Positions 48,659 through 57,815 of a stretch of DNA of 64,000 nt are shown here, piece after piece. The DNA is from an uncultured Acidobacteriota bacterium. Its GTDB lineage: Bacteria; Acidobacteriota; Thermoanaerobaculia; Gp7-AA8. The position numbers were made by a program, and so were the translations under genes. Location of the stretch: positions 160,001 to 224,000 of the forward strand of contig CAVUKB010000007.1 in assembly GCA_963741955.1 (NCBI GenBank). The letters are read 5' to 3'. The notes under the pieces were generated by a model that was not told the DNA's origin, did not search any database, and saw only the letters and a program-made list of their open reading frames with translations. Numbering within the stretch: position 1 is the first letter of the stretch; the number at the start of each line of letters is the position of its first letter.

Positions 48659-50040
48659 GAGGGGTGCGGATCCTCCGATCCGCCGCGAAGATCGTGGTCT
48701 ACGCGATGAAGACGGAGCCTGTGGCCACCGCGGAGCGTCCGTAATTCAGTCACCCAGCTCCGCTTCTGCCGAAGCCGCGGGTGATGCTGTGGTCGCGGCC
48801 CTCGCCACAATCCGCGCGGCGGATCAGAGGATCCGCGCCCCTCGGCGGCAATCGCAGTCCTCGGCGGGAATCGCGCCCTCGGCGGCAATCGCTGCTCACC
48901 GCTCACCGCTCGTCGCTCGTCGCTCGTCCCCGAGCCCCGAGCCTCGAGTCTCGCGTCTCGCGTCCCCGAGGGGTGCGGATCCTCCGATCCGCCGCGAAGA
49001 TCGCGTTATGCGCGATGAAGGCGAAGCCTGTGGCTACCGCGGAGCGTCCGTAATTCAGTCACCCAGCTCCGCTTCTGCCGAAGCCGCGGGTGATGCTGCT
49101 GTCGCGGCCCTCGCCACAATCCGCGCGGCGGATCGGAGGATCCGCGCCCCTCGGCGGCAATCGCGGTCCTCGGCGGTAATCGCACTCCTCGGCGGCAATC
49201 CATTCTCGCCGCTCGTCGCTCGCCGCTCGTCGCTCGTCGCTCGCCGCTCGCCTCGAGCCTCGAGCCTCGAGCCTCGAGTCTCGCGTCTCGCGTCTCGCGT
49301 CCCCGAGGGGTGCGGATCCTCCGATCCGCCGCGAAGATCGTGGTCTACGCGATGAAGACAAAGCCTGTGGCCACCGCGGAGCGTCCGTAATTCAGTCACC
49401 CAGCTCCGCTTCTGCCGAAGCCGCGGGTGATGCTGTGGTCGCGGCCCTCGCCACAATCCGCGCGGCGGATCAGAGGATCCGCGCCCCTCGGCGGCAACGC
49501 ACGCTCACCGCTCACCGCTCGTCCCCGAGCCTCGAGTCTCGCGTCTCGCGTCTCGCGTCCCCGAGGGGTGCGGATCCTCCGATCCGCCGCGAAGATCGCG
49601 TTATGCGCGATGAAGACGGAGCCTGTGGCTACCGCGGAGCGTCCGTAATTCAGTCACCCAGCTCCGCTTCTGCCGAAGCCGCGGGTGATGCTGCTGTCGC
49701 GCCCTCGCCGAAATCCACGCGGCGGATCAGAGGATCCGCGCCCCTCGGCGGGAATCGCACGCTCGCCGCTCGCCGCTCGCCACTCGCCTAGAGCCTCGAG
49801 CCTCGAGCCTCGCGTCTCGCGTCCCCGAGGGGTGCGGATCCTCCGATCCGCCGCGAAGATCGTGTTCTACGCGATGAAGACGGAGCCTGTGGCTACCGCG
49901 GAGCGTCCGTAATTCAGTCACCCAGCTCCGCTTCTGCCGAGGTCGCGGGTGATGCTGCTGTCGCGATCTCGCGGCAATCGCGCCCCTCGGCGGGAATCGC
50001 ACTCACCACTCGTCGCTCGCCGCTCGTCCCCGAGCCTCGC
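48659..50040 (+). repeat. Array A: five tandem 189-bp TIR elements with heptamer linkers
   Basis: Units 48659-48845, 48966-49154, 49303-49491, 49561-49748, 49825-49990 (last lacks most of its right arm). Confidence 0.95.
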
Positions 50041-50045
50041 TCCCC

Positions 50046-52064
50046 TCACCACCGCCGTTGCCGGCTCGACCGCGCCTCCATCGACGCCCGCACGAACAGC
50101 TCCAGCGCCTTCTTGTACGCCACGTCCGCCCGCTTGTAGTTCCCCCGGTCGTAGTAGTCGTCCGCCTCCTGCCACGCCGCGACCGCGTCGTTGTAGTACG
50201 CCGAGCTCCCGCCTCCCGCGCGCTCCGCGCGGGTCTTCGCTCCCGCCACCAGCTTCGCGTGGAACTCCGCCGCCGCGCGCGTTCCGGGAGCCGGCTCTCC
50301 GTCCACCGTCTGCGCGTCCGCAGAGCTCCCGTCGCTCGCCGCATCGTCCGCCGCCGCCGGTGCACTCTGCACCGCGGGCTTCGAAGTCTTCTTCTTCAGC
50401 GGCACGAGATCCGCGACCTGCGCCTTCTGCTGCCCCTCGCCGCTCGTCGCACGCCGCTCACCGCTCATCGCGTGCGCGTCGACCGGTGTGGTCGCATCGA
50501 GCGAGGAGCCCGCGCCGGGCTCGGGCGCCGAAGTGAGAGGCGTCCCCGGCTGAGGCGTCAGTACTGAAGAGGGAGACGCCATCGATGACGCCTCGGCCAC
50601 CGGCTGAGTTGCCGGATCGACGGTCGTTGTCGTCGCTTCGACTGCCGCCGTCCCCGGGAAGAATTTCTCACGGATGAACCGCCGCCCCATGGTGAACGCG
50701 AGTGCCGCACCGCCGATCATCACCAGGAGGAGCACCGCGACCACGGCGAGCGCGACGCGGTTCGAGCCCGACTTCCGTGGCGCCGCCGGTACCGCCACCG
50801 GCGTCGCCGCCGGCGCGTTCCCCGGCGCAGTGACGCCCTGCAGCATCGTGATCGACGCGTCGGGCGAGGTCGTCTCCGACGACGGATGCACCATCGTCGG
50901 CGCGTCCGCGGTCGAGAGAGATGGATTCATCATCGTCGCCGCGGTGCGCGACCCCGCGGCCCCGCCTCCCGTCGCGACGGTCGGAGCGTCGGGCTGAATC
51001 GCCACGGTCGGAACGTCGCCCGAGGGGATCGTTCCGTCCGGTTGGGTCGTCCCGCTCGGGAGCGGCGTCTCCGACGACGCGCGGAACTCCTGGTTCACGA
51101 GTTGCTGTGCGCCCGGAGTGATGCTCGATCCCGGTTGGGTCGGCTGCTGCGGGCGGATCGTGTCGATCAGCGCGCGCGCGTCGAGCGCTTCCATCCCCGC
51201 CGGATACTCTCCCTGGATCGCAGCGATCGCCTCTTCGAACTCTTCGGCGGAACCGTAGCGATCCTCACGCTTCTTCTCCAGCGACTTCAGAATGATCGCG
51301 CGCACCGGCTCCGGCACGCGTCCCTCGGCGTCGGATTCGGAGAACGGGGTCGGCGGATGGAACAGGTGCCCGGCGACCATCGACTGTGCCGTGTCGCCGG
51401 GGATCGGCGCACTTCCAGTCAGGAGCTGATAGAGGACCACGCCGAACGAATAGAGATCGCTCCGGCCGTCGAGACTCTCGCCTTTCGGGAGCGTCCCGAG
51501 CTGCTCGGGCGAGGCGTAACGGACCTTGCCGAGGAACATCCCGGTCTGGGTGAGGCTGTGCGTCTCGTCGGTCGCCTTCGCGATACCGAGGTCGATCAGC
51601 TTCACCAGAAGGCGTCCGTCCTCGTCCGCGGTGAGCATGATGTTGTCGGGAGAGATGTCGCGATGGACGACGCTCTTGCGATGCAGATAGGCGAGAGCGT
51701 CGAGGCTCTGGCGCGCGATCTCCAGCCCGAGGCCGACGTCGACGCGGCCGCGCACCTTCAGCATGTCCGCGAGACTCACTCCGTCGATGAACTCCATCAC
51801 GATGTACGCGGTGGAGTCGGCGCCGAGCGCGTAGTCGAAGATCGATGCGATGTTGTCGTGCTTGAGCCGCGTGACCAGCTTCGCTTCCTGGAGGAACCGG
51901 TGCTCGAGCTCCGGGTTGCCGGCCACTTGCGGCTTCATCACTTTGATCACCCGGATCTCGTCGAGGAAGTTGTGCCGGACCTTGTAGATCGCACCCATTC
52001 CGCCTTCGCGGAGTTTCGCGATGATGGTGTACTTACCGTCGATGAGAGTGCCTGAATCTGACAC
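50046..52064 (-). CDS. Membrane-anchored Hanks-type Ser/Thr protein kinase
   Basis: GGMG.IY, VIK, HRDISPDN, DLG, YASPEQ, SDLYS; TM helix and Pro/Ala-rich linkers; GTG start inferred. Confidence 0.93.
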   Translation of the reverse strand: MSDSGTLIDGKYTIIAKLREGGMGAIYKVRHNFLDEIRVIKVMKPQVAGNPELEHRFLQEAKLVTRLKHDNIASIFDYALGADSTAYIVMEFIDGVSLADMLKVRGRVDVGLGLEIARQSLDALAYLHRKSVVHRDISPDNIMLTADEDGRLLVKLIDLGIAKATDETHSLTQTGMFLGKVRYASPEQLGTLPKGESLDGRSDLYSFGVVLYQLLTGSAPIPGDTAQSMVAGHLFHPPTPFSESDAEGRVPEPVRAIILKSLEKKREDRYGSAEEFEEAIAAIQGEYPAGMEALDARALIDTIRPQQPTQPGSSITPGAQQLVNQEFRASSETPLPSGTTQPDGTIPSGDVPTVAIQPDAPTVATGGGAAGSRTAATMMNPSLSTADAPTMVHPSSETTSPDASITMLQGVTAPGNAPAATPVAVPAAPRKSGSNRVALAVVAVLLLVMIGGAALAFTMGRRFIREKFFPGTAAVEATTTTVDPATQPVAEASSMASPSSVLTPQPGTPLTSAPEPGAGSSLDATTPVDAHAMSGERRATSGEGQQKAQVADLVPLKKKTSKPAVQSAPAAADDAASDGSSADAQTVDGEPAPGTRAAAEFHAKLVAGAKTRAERAGGGSSAYYNDAVAAWQEADDYYDRGNYKRADVAYKKALELFVRASMEARSSRQRRW

Positions 52065-52246
52065 GGGGACCACCTTTTTTTGAAGTATCCATTCAATATA
52101 CTCCGGCCGGAATCCGCCGGCGCCGGTGACGCGCATCACCAATCGGGGCGGTCGTTTCGCGGGCGTGACGAGTATTTCCGGGAGGGACGATTGCAGAGGC
52201 CGCCTGGGGGGGGAGCGGCGAGCGACGAGCGACGAGGGATGCGCCC

Positions 52247-53428
52247 CCGAGGGGTGCGGATCCTCCGATCCGCCGCGAAGATCGTGTTCTGCGCGATGAA
52301 GGCGAAGCCTGCGGCTTCCGCGGAGCGTCCAGCGTTTCAACCACCCAGCCCCGCTTCTGCCGAAACTCCGGATGATGCTGCTGTCGCGCACGCGCCGCAA
52401 TCCGCGCGGCGGATCAGAGGATCCGCTCCCCTCGGCGGCAATCGCTCTCCTCGTCGGCAATGGCACTCGTCGCTCGCGTCGCCGAGGGGTGCGGATCCTC
52501 CGATCCGCCGCGAGAATCGTGTTGTACGCGATGAAGACGAAGGCTGTGGCTTCCGCGGAGCGTAGAGCGTTTCAGTCACCCAGCTCCGCTTCTGCCGAAA
52601 CTCCGGATGATGCTGCTGTCGCGCACGCGCCGCAATCCGCGCGGCGGATCAGAGGATCCGCTCCCCTCGGCGGCAATCGCTCTCCTCGTCGGCAATGGCC
52701 CTCGCCGCTCGCCCCCGAGGGGTGCGGATCCTCCGATCCGCCGCGAAGATCGTGTTCTACGCGATGAAGACGGAGCCTGTGGCTTCCGCGGAGCGTCCAG
52801 CGTTTCAACCACCCAGCCCCGCTTCTGCCGAAACTCCGGATGATGCTGCTGTCGCGCACGCGCCGCAATCCGCGCGGCGGATCAGAGGATCCGCTCCCCT
52901 CGGCGGCAATCGCTCTCCTCGTCGGCAATGGCCCTCGCCGCTCGCCCCCGAGGGGTGCGGATCCTCCGATCCGCCGCGAAGATCGTGTTCTGCGCGATGA
53001 AGGCGAAGCCTGCGGCTTCCGCGGAGCGTCCAGCGTTTCAACCACCCAGCCCCGCTTCTGCCGAAACTCCGGATGATGCTGCTGTCGCGCACGCGCCGCA
53101 ATCCGCGCGGCGGATCAGAGGATCCGCTCCCCTCGGCGGCAATCGCACTCCTCGTCGGCAATGGCCCTCGCCGCTCGCCCCCGAGGGGTGCGGATCCTCC
53201 GATCCGCCGCGAAGATCGTGTTCTGCGCGATGAAGGCGAAGCCTGCGGCTTCCGCGGAGCGTCCAGCGTTTCAACCACTCAGCTCCGCTGCTGCCGAAGT
53301 CGCGGATGATGCTGCTGTCGCGCACGCGCCGCAATCCGCGCGGCGGATCAGAGGATCCGCGCCCCTCGGCGGCAATCGCACTCGTCGCTCGCCGCTCGCC
53401 GCTCGTCGCTCGCCTCTCGCCTCGCGCT
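52247..53428 (+). repeat. Array B: five tandem 189-bp TIR elements, period 233-235 bp
   Basis: Units 52247-52435, 52482-52670, 52715-52903, 52948-53136, 53181-53369. Confidence 0.95.
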
Positions 53429-53439
53429 ACAATCCCCCC

Positions 53440-54381
53440 ATGCACTGTCCCAAGTGCGGCTTCGAGCAACCGGCCGGCGCGGAGTGCGTCTCCTGCGGGA
53501 TCATCTTCTCCAAGTACGAAGAGTCCCAGGCGTTCCCTCCGGTCGTCCCGCCGCCCCGCTCCCGGATGGCACTCCGCACTCCCGATCCCGACGTCGTCCT
53601 CGACGGCCGGGTCGGCCCGAAGGAGCTGAAGATTCTCGGCGGCGGTCTCCTCGCCGCGATCGTGATCTACGCGATCCCCTTCACCCGCTTCGTCCTCTCC
53701 GCGATGGTCACGCTCTTTCACGAGCTCGGACATGCGGTAGTCGGATGGCTGCTCGGATACCCGTCGCTTCCCGCGTTCGACTTCGTTTATGGCGGGGGGC
53801 TGACCAGCTACGGGCAGTTTCATCTGTCGATCGTGATCGCGATCGGCGCCGGCTTCGCCTGGCTCGGTTGGACGTTTCGACACAACACGAAGACGCTCCT
53901 GGTCCTCGGCGGGATCTTTCTTCTCTGGCTGCTTGTGGTCAGTGCGGGATGGCGCCGCGAGATGGCGATGGCGGGCGCGGGCCACGCGTTCGAGTTCATC
54001 CTGGCCGGGATCTTCTTTTACCAGGCATTGTCGGGAACCGGATGGCGCTCGCCCGATCTGGAGCGGCCGCTCGGCGCGTTCGTCGCGTTCTTCGTCCAGA
54101 TCCACAGCATGGCCTTCGCCCTGCGGCTCCGCAGCGACGCCTCGTTCCTCGACTGGTATCGAGGAGGGAAGGGGGGAATGCTGATGAACGATCTCGAACA
54201 GATCGCGCTCGATCTCAAGATCCACACACCCCTCGTCCATTCGACGATTGAAGGCGTCGCCGGCGCGCTCCTCGTCTTCTCACTCCTCCCGATCGCGATC
54301 GCTCTCCTCTGGTACTTCTACCGCTCCCGCTGGCACCGACTCCTCGGCGAGCTCCTTCAAACCTCCCCAGGCACCGCCTGA
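53440..54381 (+). CDS. Zinc-ribbon plus M50-like membrane metalloprotease
   Basis: CPKC/CVSC N-terminus, HELGH in a TM segment, downstream NDL. Confidence 0.75.
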   Translation: MHCPKCGFEQPAGAECVSCGIIFSKYEESQAFPPVVPPPRSRMALRTPDPDVVLDGRVGPKELKILGGGLLAAIVIYAIPFTRFVLSAMVTLFHELGHAVVGWLLGYPSLPAFDFVYGGGLTSYGQFHLSIVIAIGAGFAWLGWTFRHNTKTLLVLGGIFLLWLLVVSAGWRREMAMAGAGHAFEFILAGIFFYQALSGTGWRSPDLERPLGAFVAFFVQIHSMAFALRLRSDASFLDWYRGGKGGMLMNDLEQIALDLKIHTPLVHSTIEGVAGALLVFSLLPIAIALLWYFYRSRWHRLLGELLQTSPGTA

Positions 54382-54394
54382 GACCCCGCACAAA

Positions 54395-54416
54395 GTGGGT
54401 CGCGCCTCCGGCGCGA
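54395..54416 (+). repeat. REP-like element (family 3)
   Basis: GTGGGTCGCGCCTCCGGCGCGA, 14 nt after a stop codon. Confidence 0.65.
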
Positions 54417-54521
54417 AGCTCGCCGCCCCCGCGCCCGCCGTTCCATGGGTTACAATGTCCCGCTCTTCAACGCACTCGCTCTCGCCGGCGGTGTGAGAAA
54501 TGCGGGTTAGGTGCCCCCGGT

Positions 54522-54968
54522 ATGGTCCAGGACTACGACGCCATCCTCGACAAGCTCCGGAAGATCGAGGCGCTCTTCGCCGGAGCGGCCACACCGGGAG
54601 AGCGTGCGGCGGCAGATGCCGCTCGCGATCGTATTCGGCGGCGGCTCGACGAAATCGGCAAGCGCGAAGCACCCGAAGAGTGGCGGCTCGGTCTCCACAA
54701 CGAGTGGTCCCGGCGCTTGTTCGTCGCTCTCTGCCGGCGTTACGGCCTTTCTCCCTTCCGATACCCCGGCCAGAAACGAACCAGCATCATGGTCAAAGGT
54801 CCACGCTCGTTCATGCAGGAAACACTCATTCCGGAATTCGAGCGAGTGAATCGAGTCCTTCTCCAGCACCTGGATGAGATTGCCGGAGAGATCATCGCGT
54901 CGGCCATTTCATCCGAAACGCGGGACGTGGACGAAGTGAATGACGTTGTCGGAAAGCTGGCCACCTGA
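54522..54968 (+). CDS. Hypothetical protein (DUF2786-like N-terminus), probable gene-cassette ORF
   Basis: LDKLRKIEAL.AGA.TPGE..AA; flanked by GTTAGGTG (54506) and CACCTGAC (54962). Confidence 0.75.
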   Translation: MVQDYDAILDKLRKIEALFAGAATPGERAAADAARDRIRRRLDEIGKREAPEEWRLGLHNEWSRRLFVALCRRYGLSPFRYPGQKRTSIMVKGPRSFMQETLIPEFERVNRVLLQHLDEIAGEIIASAISSETRDVDEVNDVVGKLAT

Positions 54969-55055
54969 CTATCCCGATCGGGCCGCCTCGGCTACAGCGC
55001 AACTTGGTTTAGTCTTTCGGTGCGGCCCTCGCGGCTCATCGCGGGTCGGTTGGAC
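54963..55055 (+). mobile_element. Integron attC-like recombination site
   Basis: R'' ACCTGAC, 5-nt spacer, L'' CGAT(C)GGGCCGC ... L' GCGGCTCATCG, 7-nt spacer, R' GTTGGAC; 93 bp. Confidence 0.6.
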
Positions 55056-55073
55056 GGACCCGGAGGACAGCAG

Positions 55074-55661
55074 ATGGGAAAAGTAGTTGTGCTGAACAGC
55101 GTGACGCTCGACGGCGTGATGCAGGGACCGGGCCGCCCGGACGAGGACACGCGGGATGGGTTTGACCGCGGCGGCTGGGGGGTGGCGCACAGCGACCCGG
55201 CGATGGTCACCAGGATGGGCGAACGGATGGGCGGGGATCGCGCGTTTCTGTTCGGGCGACGCACTTACGAGGAGCTGCTGGCGACTTGGAACGCCCGCGG
55301 AGGCCCGTTCAAGGATGCGCTCAACAGCACTCACAAGTACGTCGCCTCGAGCAACCCCGGAACTAAGCTCGACTGGCCGAACTCGACACTTCTGAGCGAG
55401 GACATTCCGGCGAATGTGGCGGACCTCAAACGCAGCTCTGGTACGAACCTCGTGATCATGGGCAGCGGTGTGTTGATCGGTTCATTGATGGCCGCTAATT
55501 TGATCGACGAGTACCTCCTGATGATCCATCCTTTGGTGCTGGGTACCGGACGGCGGCTGTTTGCTCGCGGCACACACGCATCGCTGCGGCTGGTCGACAG
55601 CAGCGCCACGAGCACGGGCGTATTGATCGCCACGTACGAGCCTGCAGGAGACGGAAAATGA
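55074..55661 (+). CDS. Dihydrofolate reductase/RibD C-terminal-like protein
   Basis: TLDGVMQGPG..EDTR.GF..GGW, GRRTYE, GSG.L, HPLVLG.G. Confidence 0.9.
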   Translation: MGKVVVLNSVTLDGVMQGPGRPDEDTRDGFDRGGWGVAHSDPAMVTRMGERMGGDRAFLFGRRTYEELLATWNARGGPFKDALNSTHKYVASSNPGTKLDWPNSTLLSEDIPANVADLKRSSGTNLVIMGSGVLIGSLMAANLIDEYLLMIHPLVLGTGRRLFARGTHASLRLVDSSATSTGVLIATYEPAGDGK

Positions 55662-55738
55662 TTCCGCGGAAGGCTGCCTCCCCAACGTCGCGTTGCGCCT
55701 GACGTGCTCCTCGGACGTTCTTACCGCGCAGACTCCCA

Positions 55739-55899
55739 GGAGTCTGCGCGATAGAAGCGGTCCTACTGCGAAAACGGATCAGCGGTCCAAATCCGCCCGG
55801 ATTTTCGGCGAGTAGCCACCGCTACGCACCTCAAATCCGAACGAATTTGGCCTCGCTGCTCTGTTTTCTCGCTACGGACGTCTCTACCGCACAGACTCC
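55739..55899. mobile_element. 161-bp MITE (family 4)
   Basis: TIRs GGAGTCTGCGCGATAGA / TCTACCGCACAGACTCC flanked by CA on both sides; internal hairpin; extra right TIR at 55718-55736. Confidence 0.65.
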
Positions 55900-55956
55900 C
55901 AGGATATTCTGTGCGCGTCCCGGCCGGTGAGGGGCGTCCCTCTTAAGGAGGTCGTT

Positions 55957-56736
55957 ATGAAATGGCTGGCTACGGTAGCGGTAATCGCACTTCTGAGCAC
56001 ACCGAACGTACAAGCGGCTGATCCGCAAGGCGGATCGTTGTCGGCATCGCCCGGCGAAGTTGCAACGGAACCGATCCTCGTTCCTGTCGCGGCGCAGGGG
56101 CTCCGCGGCGCGAACGGCTCGGTCTGGGACACGGACCTCTGGGTAACCAACACGACTGATTCTCCAATCGTGTTCTATTTCTCGCCCTGCCAGGTCTCCT
56201 GCTGCTGCGACGAATTCAACACGTTCGCGCCGCAACAGACACGGTTGGGCGGCGGCGACAGTTCGCGCGGAGCGTGGTTCTACCTCCCCGCCGACGGATC
56301 CCTGCAAATGCAGGCGAGACTGCGGGACCGAACGCGCGCCGCCTCCTCGGCCGGTGTAGAGCTCCCGCTGGTCCGAGAGAGGGATTTTCGAACCGGCGTC
56401 GTCCAGCTGGTGGGGGTGCCACAGGATGGGAGATTTCGCGTGATGCTGCGGATCTATGCGCTCGCGGCCGGAGTATCAGCCCGCATCGAACAGCTCGATG
56501 CGAACGGAGTCGTCCAGCGCGAGGATATCGTCGCGCTCGAGCCACCCACGACTTCGCCGTACCTGATAGGAGTCGCACCGGCTTACGCTCAGCTGCCGCT
56601 TCCAGTAGTCGCGCCGAACAGTGAGCCCGGTCGAATTCGCATTTCGAGTCTGTCTCCGGGCGAACCCATTTGGACCTTCGCGTCGATCACAAACAACGAG
56701 TCCGGCGAAGTCACCCTGGTGCAGCCCTGGTGGTGA
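55957..56736 (+). CDS. Secreted hypothetical protein (GANGSxWxTDL type)
   Basis: RBS AAGGAGG, signal peptide, ILVPV...GANGSVWDTDL...LPLVRE.DF...WTFASITNNE. Confidence 0.8.
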   Translation: MKWLATVAVIALLSTPNVQAADPQGGSLSASPGEVATEPILVPVAAQGLRGANGSVWDTDLWVTNTTDSPIVFYFSPCQVSCCCDEFNTFAPQQTRLGGGDSSRGAWFYLPADGSLQMQARLRDRTRAASSAGVELPLVRERDFRTGVVQLVGVPQDGRFRVMLRIYALAAGVSARIEQLDANGVVQREDIVALEPPTTSPYLIGVAPAYAQLPLPVVAPNSEPGRIRISSLSPGEPIWTFASITNNESGEVTLVQPWW

Positions 56737-56882
56737 GTGCATCGCGCACCGTCGCCGACGGGATCACGCAGCAGCCCTCGATTGCTCCTCGCGTCGAGAC
56801 GATGTGAGAACCGGGAGCTGGAGTTGGTACAATACCCCTGCGGCACGGTGCGACTCGCTGCAGGAGCTGGCAGGCGCCTGCC

Positions 56883-57395
56883 ATGAAGATCATGGATCGA
56901 GTTGAATTCCGCCGTTCGCGCGCAAAGAGTGCGAAGCTGGCCGTGATCGGCCTCGCTCTCGTAGGTGCATCCTGGTTTCTGGCGCAGTCGGCTGATGGTC
57001 CCCTCGATAAGGCCGTCGGATGGTTCGGCGTCGTCTTCTTTGGTGCCGCGCTGTTGCTTTCGCTGAAACGAATGCTGGAAGGCGGCGTCGCGTACGTATT
57101 CGACTCGGGCGGTATCGAGATCGAACGGGGTCCCGTTCGCAGGATTCCCTGGTCGGAACTTCAGGGTTACTCTGTTGTGAGCGTCAGACGTAACCGCTTT
57201 CTCGCAGTCACGCTCCGCGACCCGGAGCTGTTCTTTGCGACCCTCTCGCCCGGCAAGCGCAAGCTCGCTGCATTCAACAAAAGGATGGGCTGGGGCGATT
57301 GGACGTTTTCGTTCACGGGTGTTTCACCGGGCCTCGATGCCGCAGTCGATTTCATCCGGCAGAACGTCGGGAATCTCGCCGAAGCGCCTGACTGA
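56883..57395 (+). CDS. STM3941-like membrane protein (2 TM + PH-like domain)
   Basis: GWFGVVFFG, IPWSE, FL.V.L.DPE. Confidence 0.7.
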   Translation: MKIMDRVEFRRSRAKSAKLAVIGLALVGASWFLAQSADGPLDKAVGWFGVVFFGAALLLSLKRMLEGGVAYVFDSGGIEIERGPVRRIPWSELQGYSVVSVRRNRFLAVTLRDPELFFATLSPGKRKLAAFNKRMGWGDWTFSFTGVSPGLDAAVDFIRQNVGNLAEAPD

Positions 57396-57815
57396 CCAAC
57401 CGGCCTTCCGCTCCGGTTCCGCTGCGCCGTTCTCGAGACCGAGCCAACGCGGAGGAGAAGGGGCGCGTCCTGCGCCTCCGGCGGCGATCGGCAGCGGTGA
57501 TTCCCCCTGCTCCGTGACGTGACCGGATGTAGGCTTTCAGTGCGGGGCCTCGCCACGGATCGGCGCGCGCCGCTGTACCCTTACGCGGTCGCGTATCCAC
57601 GGTGGTCGTCGTATCCGGAGGCAAGGCCTCAGCGCTCAGGCGCGTGACGCTCGCTCCCGATCGGAGACTCGTACGGAGGAAGCTCACGTCGAGGCGGTGC
57701 CGGGTAAACCGGGCTACAATGCTCACGGCCGCCTGGAACGCGGCGGCCGCGATCTCCGGGAGCCGGCGAGCAGGAATCGGCCGGAGCGCTTCTCGAGTCG
57801 CACCATCGTGCAGGA

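Noticed and set aside
48535-50175. Many short ORFs (RGVRILRSAAKI..., MMLLSR...) in the arrays
   Set aside because: They are translations of the repeat in shifting frames; A copies carry an in-frame TAA and there are no RBSs
52065-52466. N-terminal extension of the kinase ORF (806 aa)
   Set aside because: The extension runs through repeat unit B1; the kinase domain starts near 52064 behind an AAGGTGG RBS-like sequence
48659-53428. CRISPR array interpretation of the tandem repeats
   Set aside because: Repeats are 189 bp, the linkers are low-complexity and related to each other rather than unique spacers, and no cas genes are present
53161-53439. N-terminal extension of the M50-like ORF
   Set aside because: It is repeat unit B5 read in frame; the zinc ribbon begins at ATG 53440
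56737-57420. Further attC sites around the STM3941-like gene
   Set aside because: Only weak CAGGCGC/GCGCCTG complementarity; no L-box pairing or GTT core
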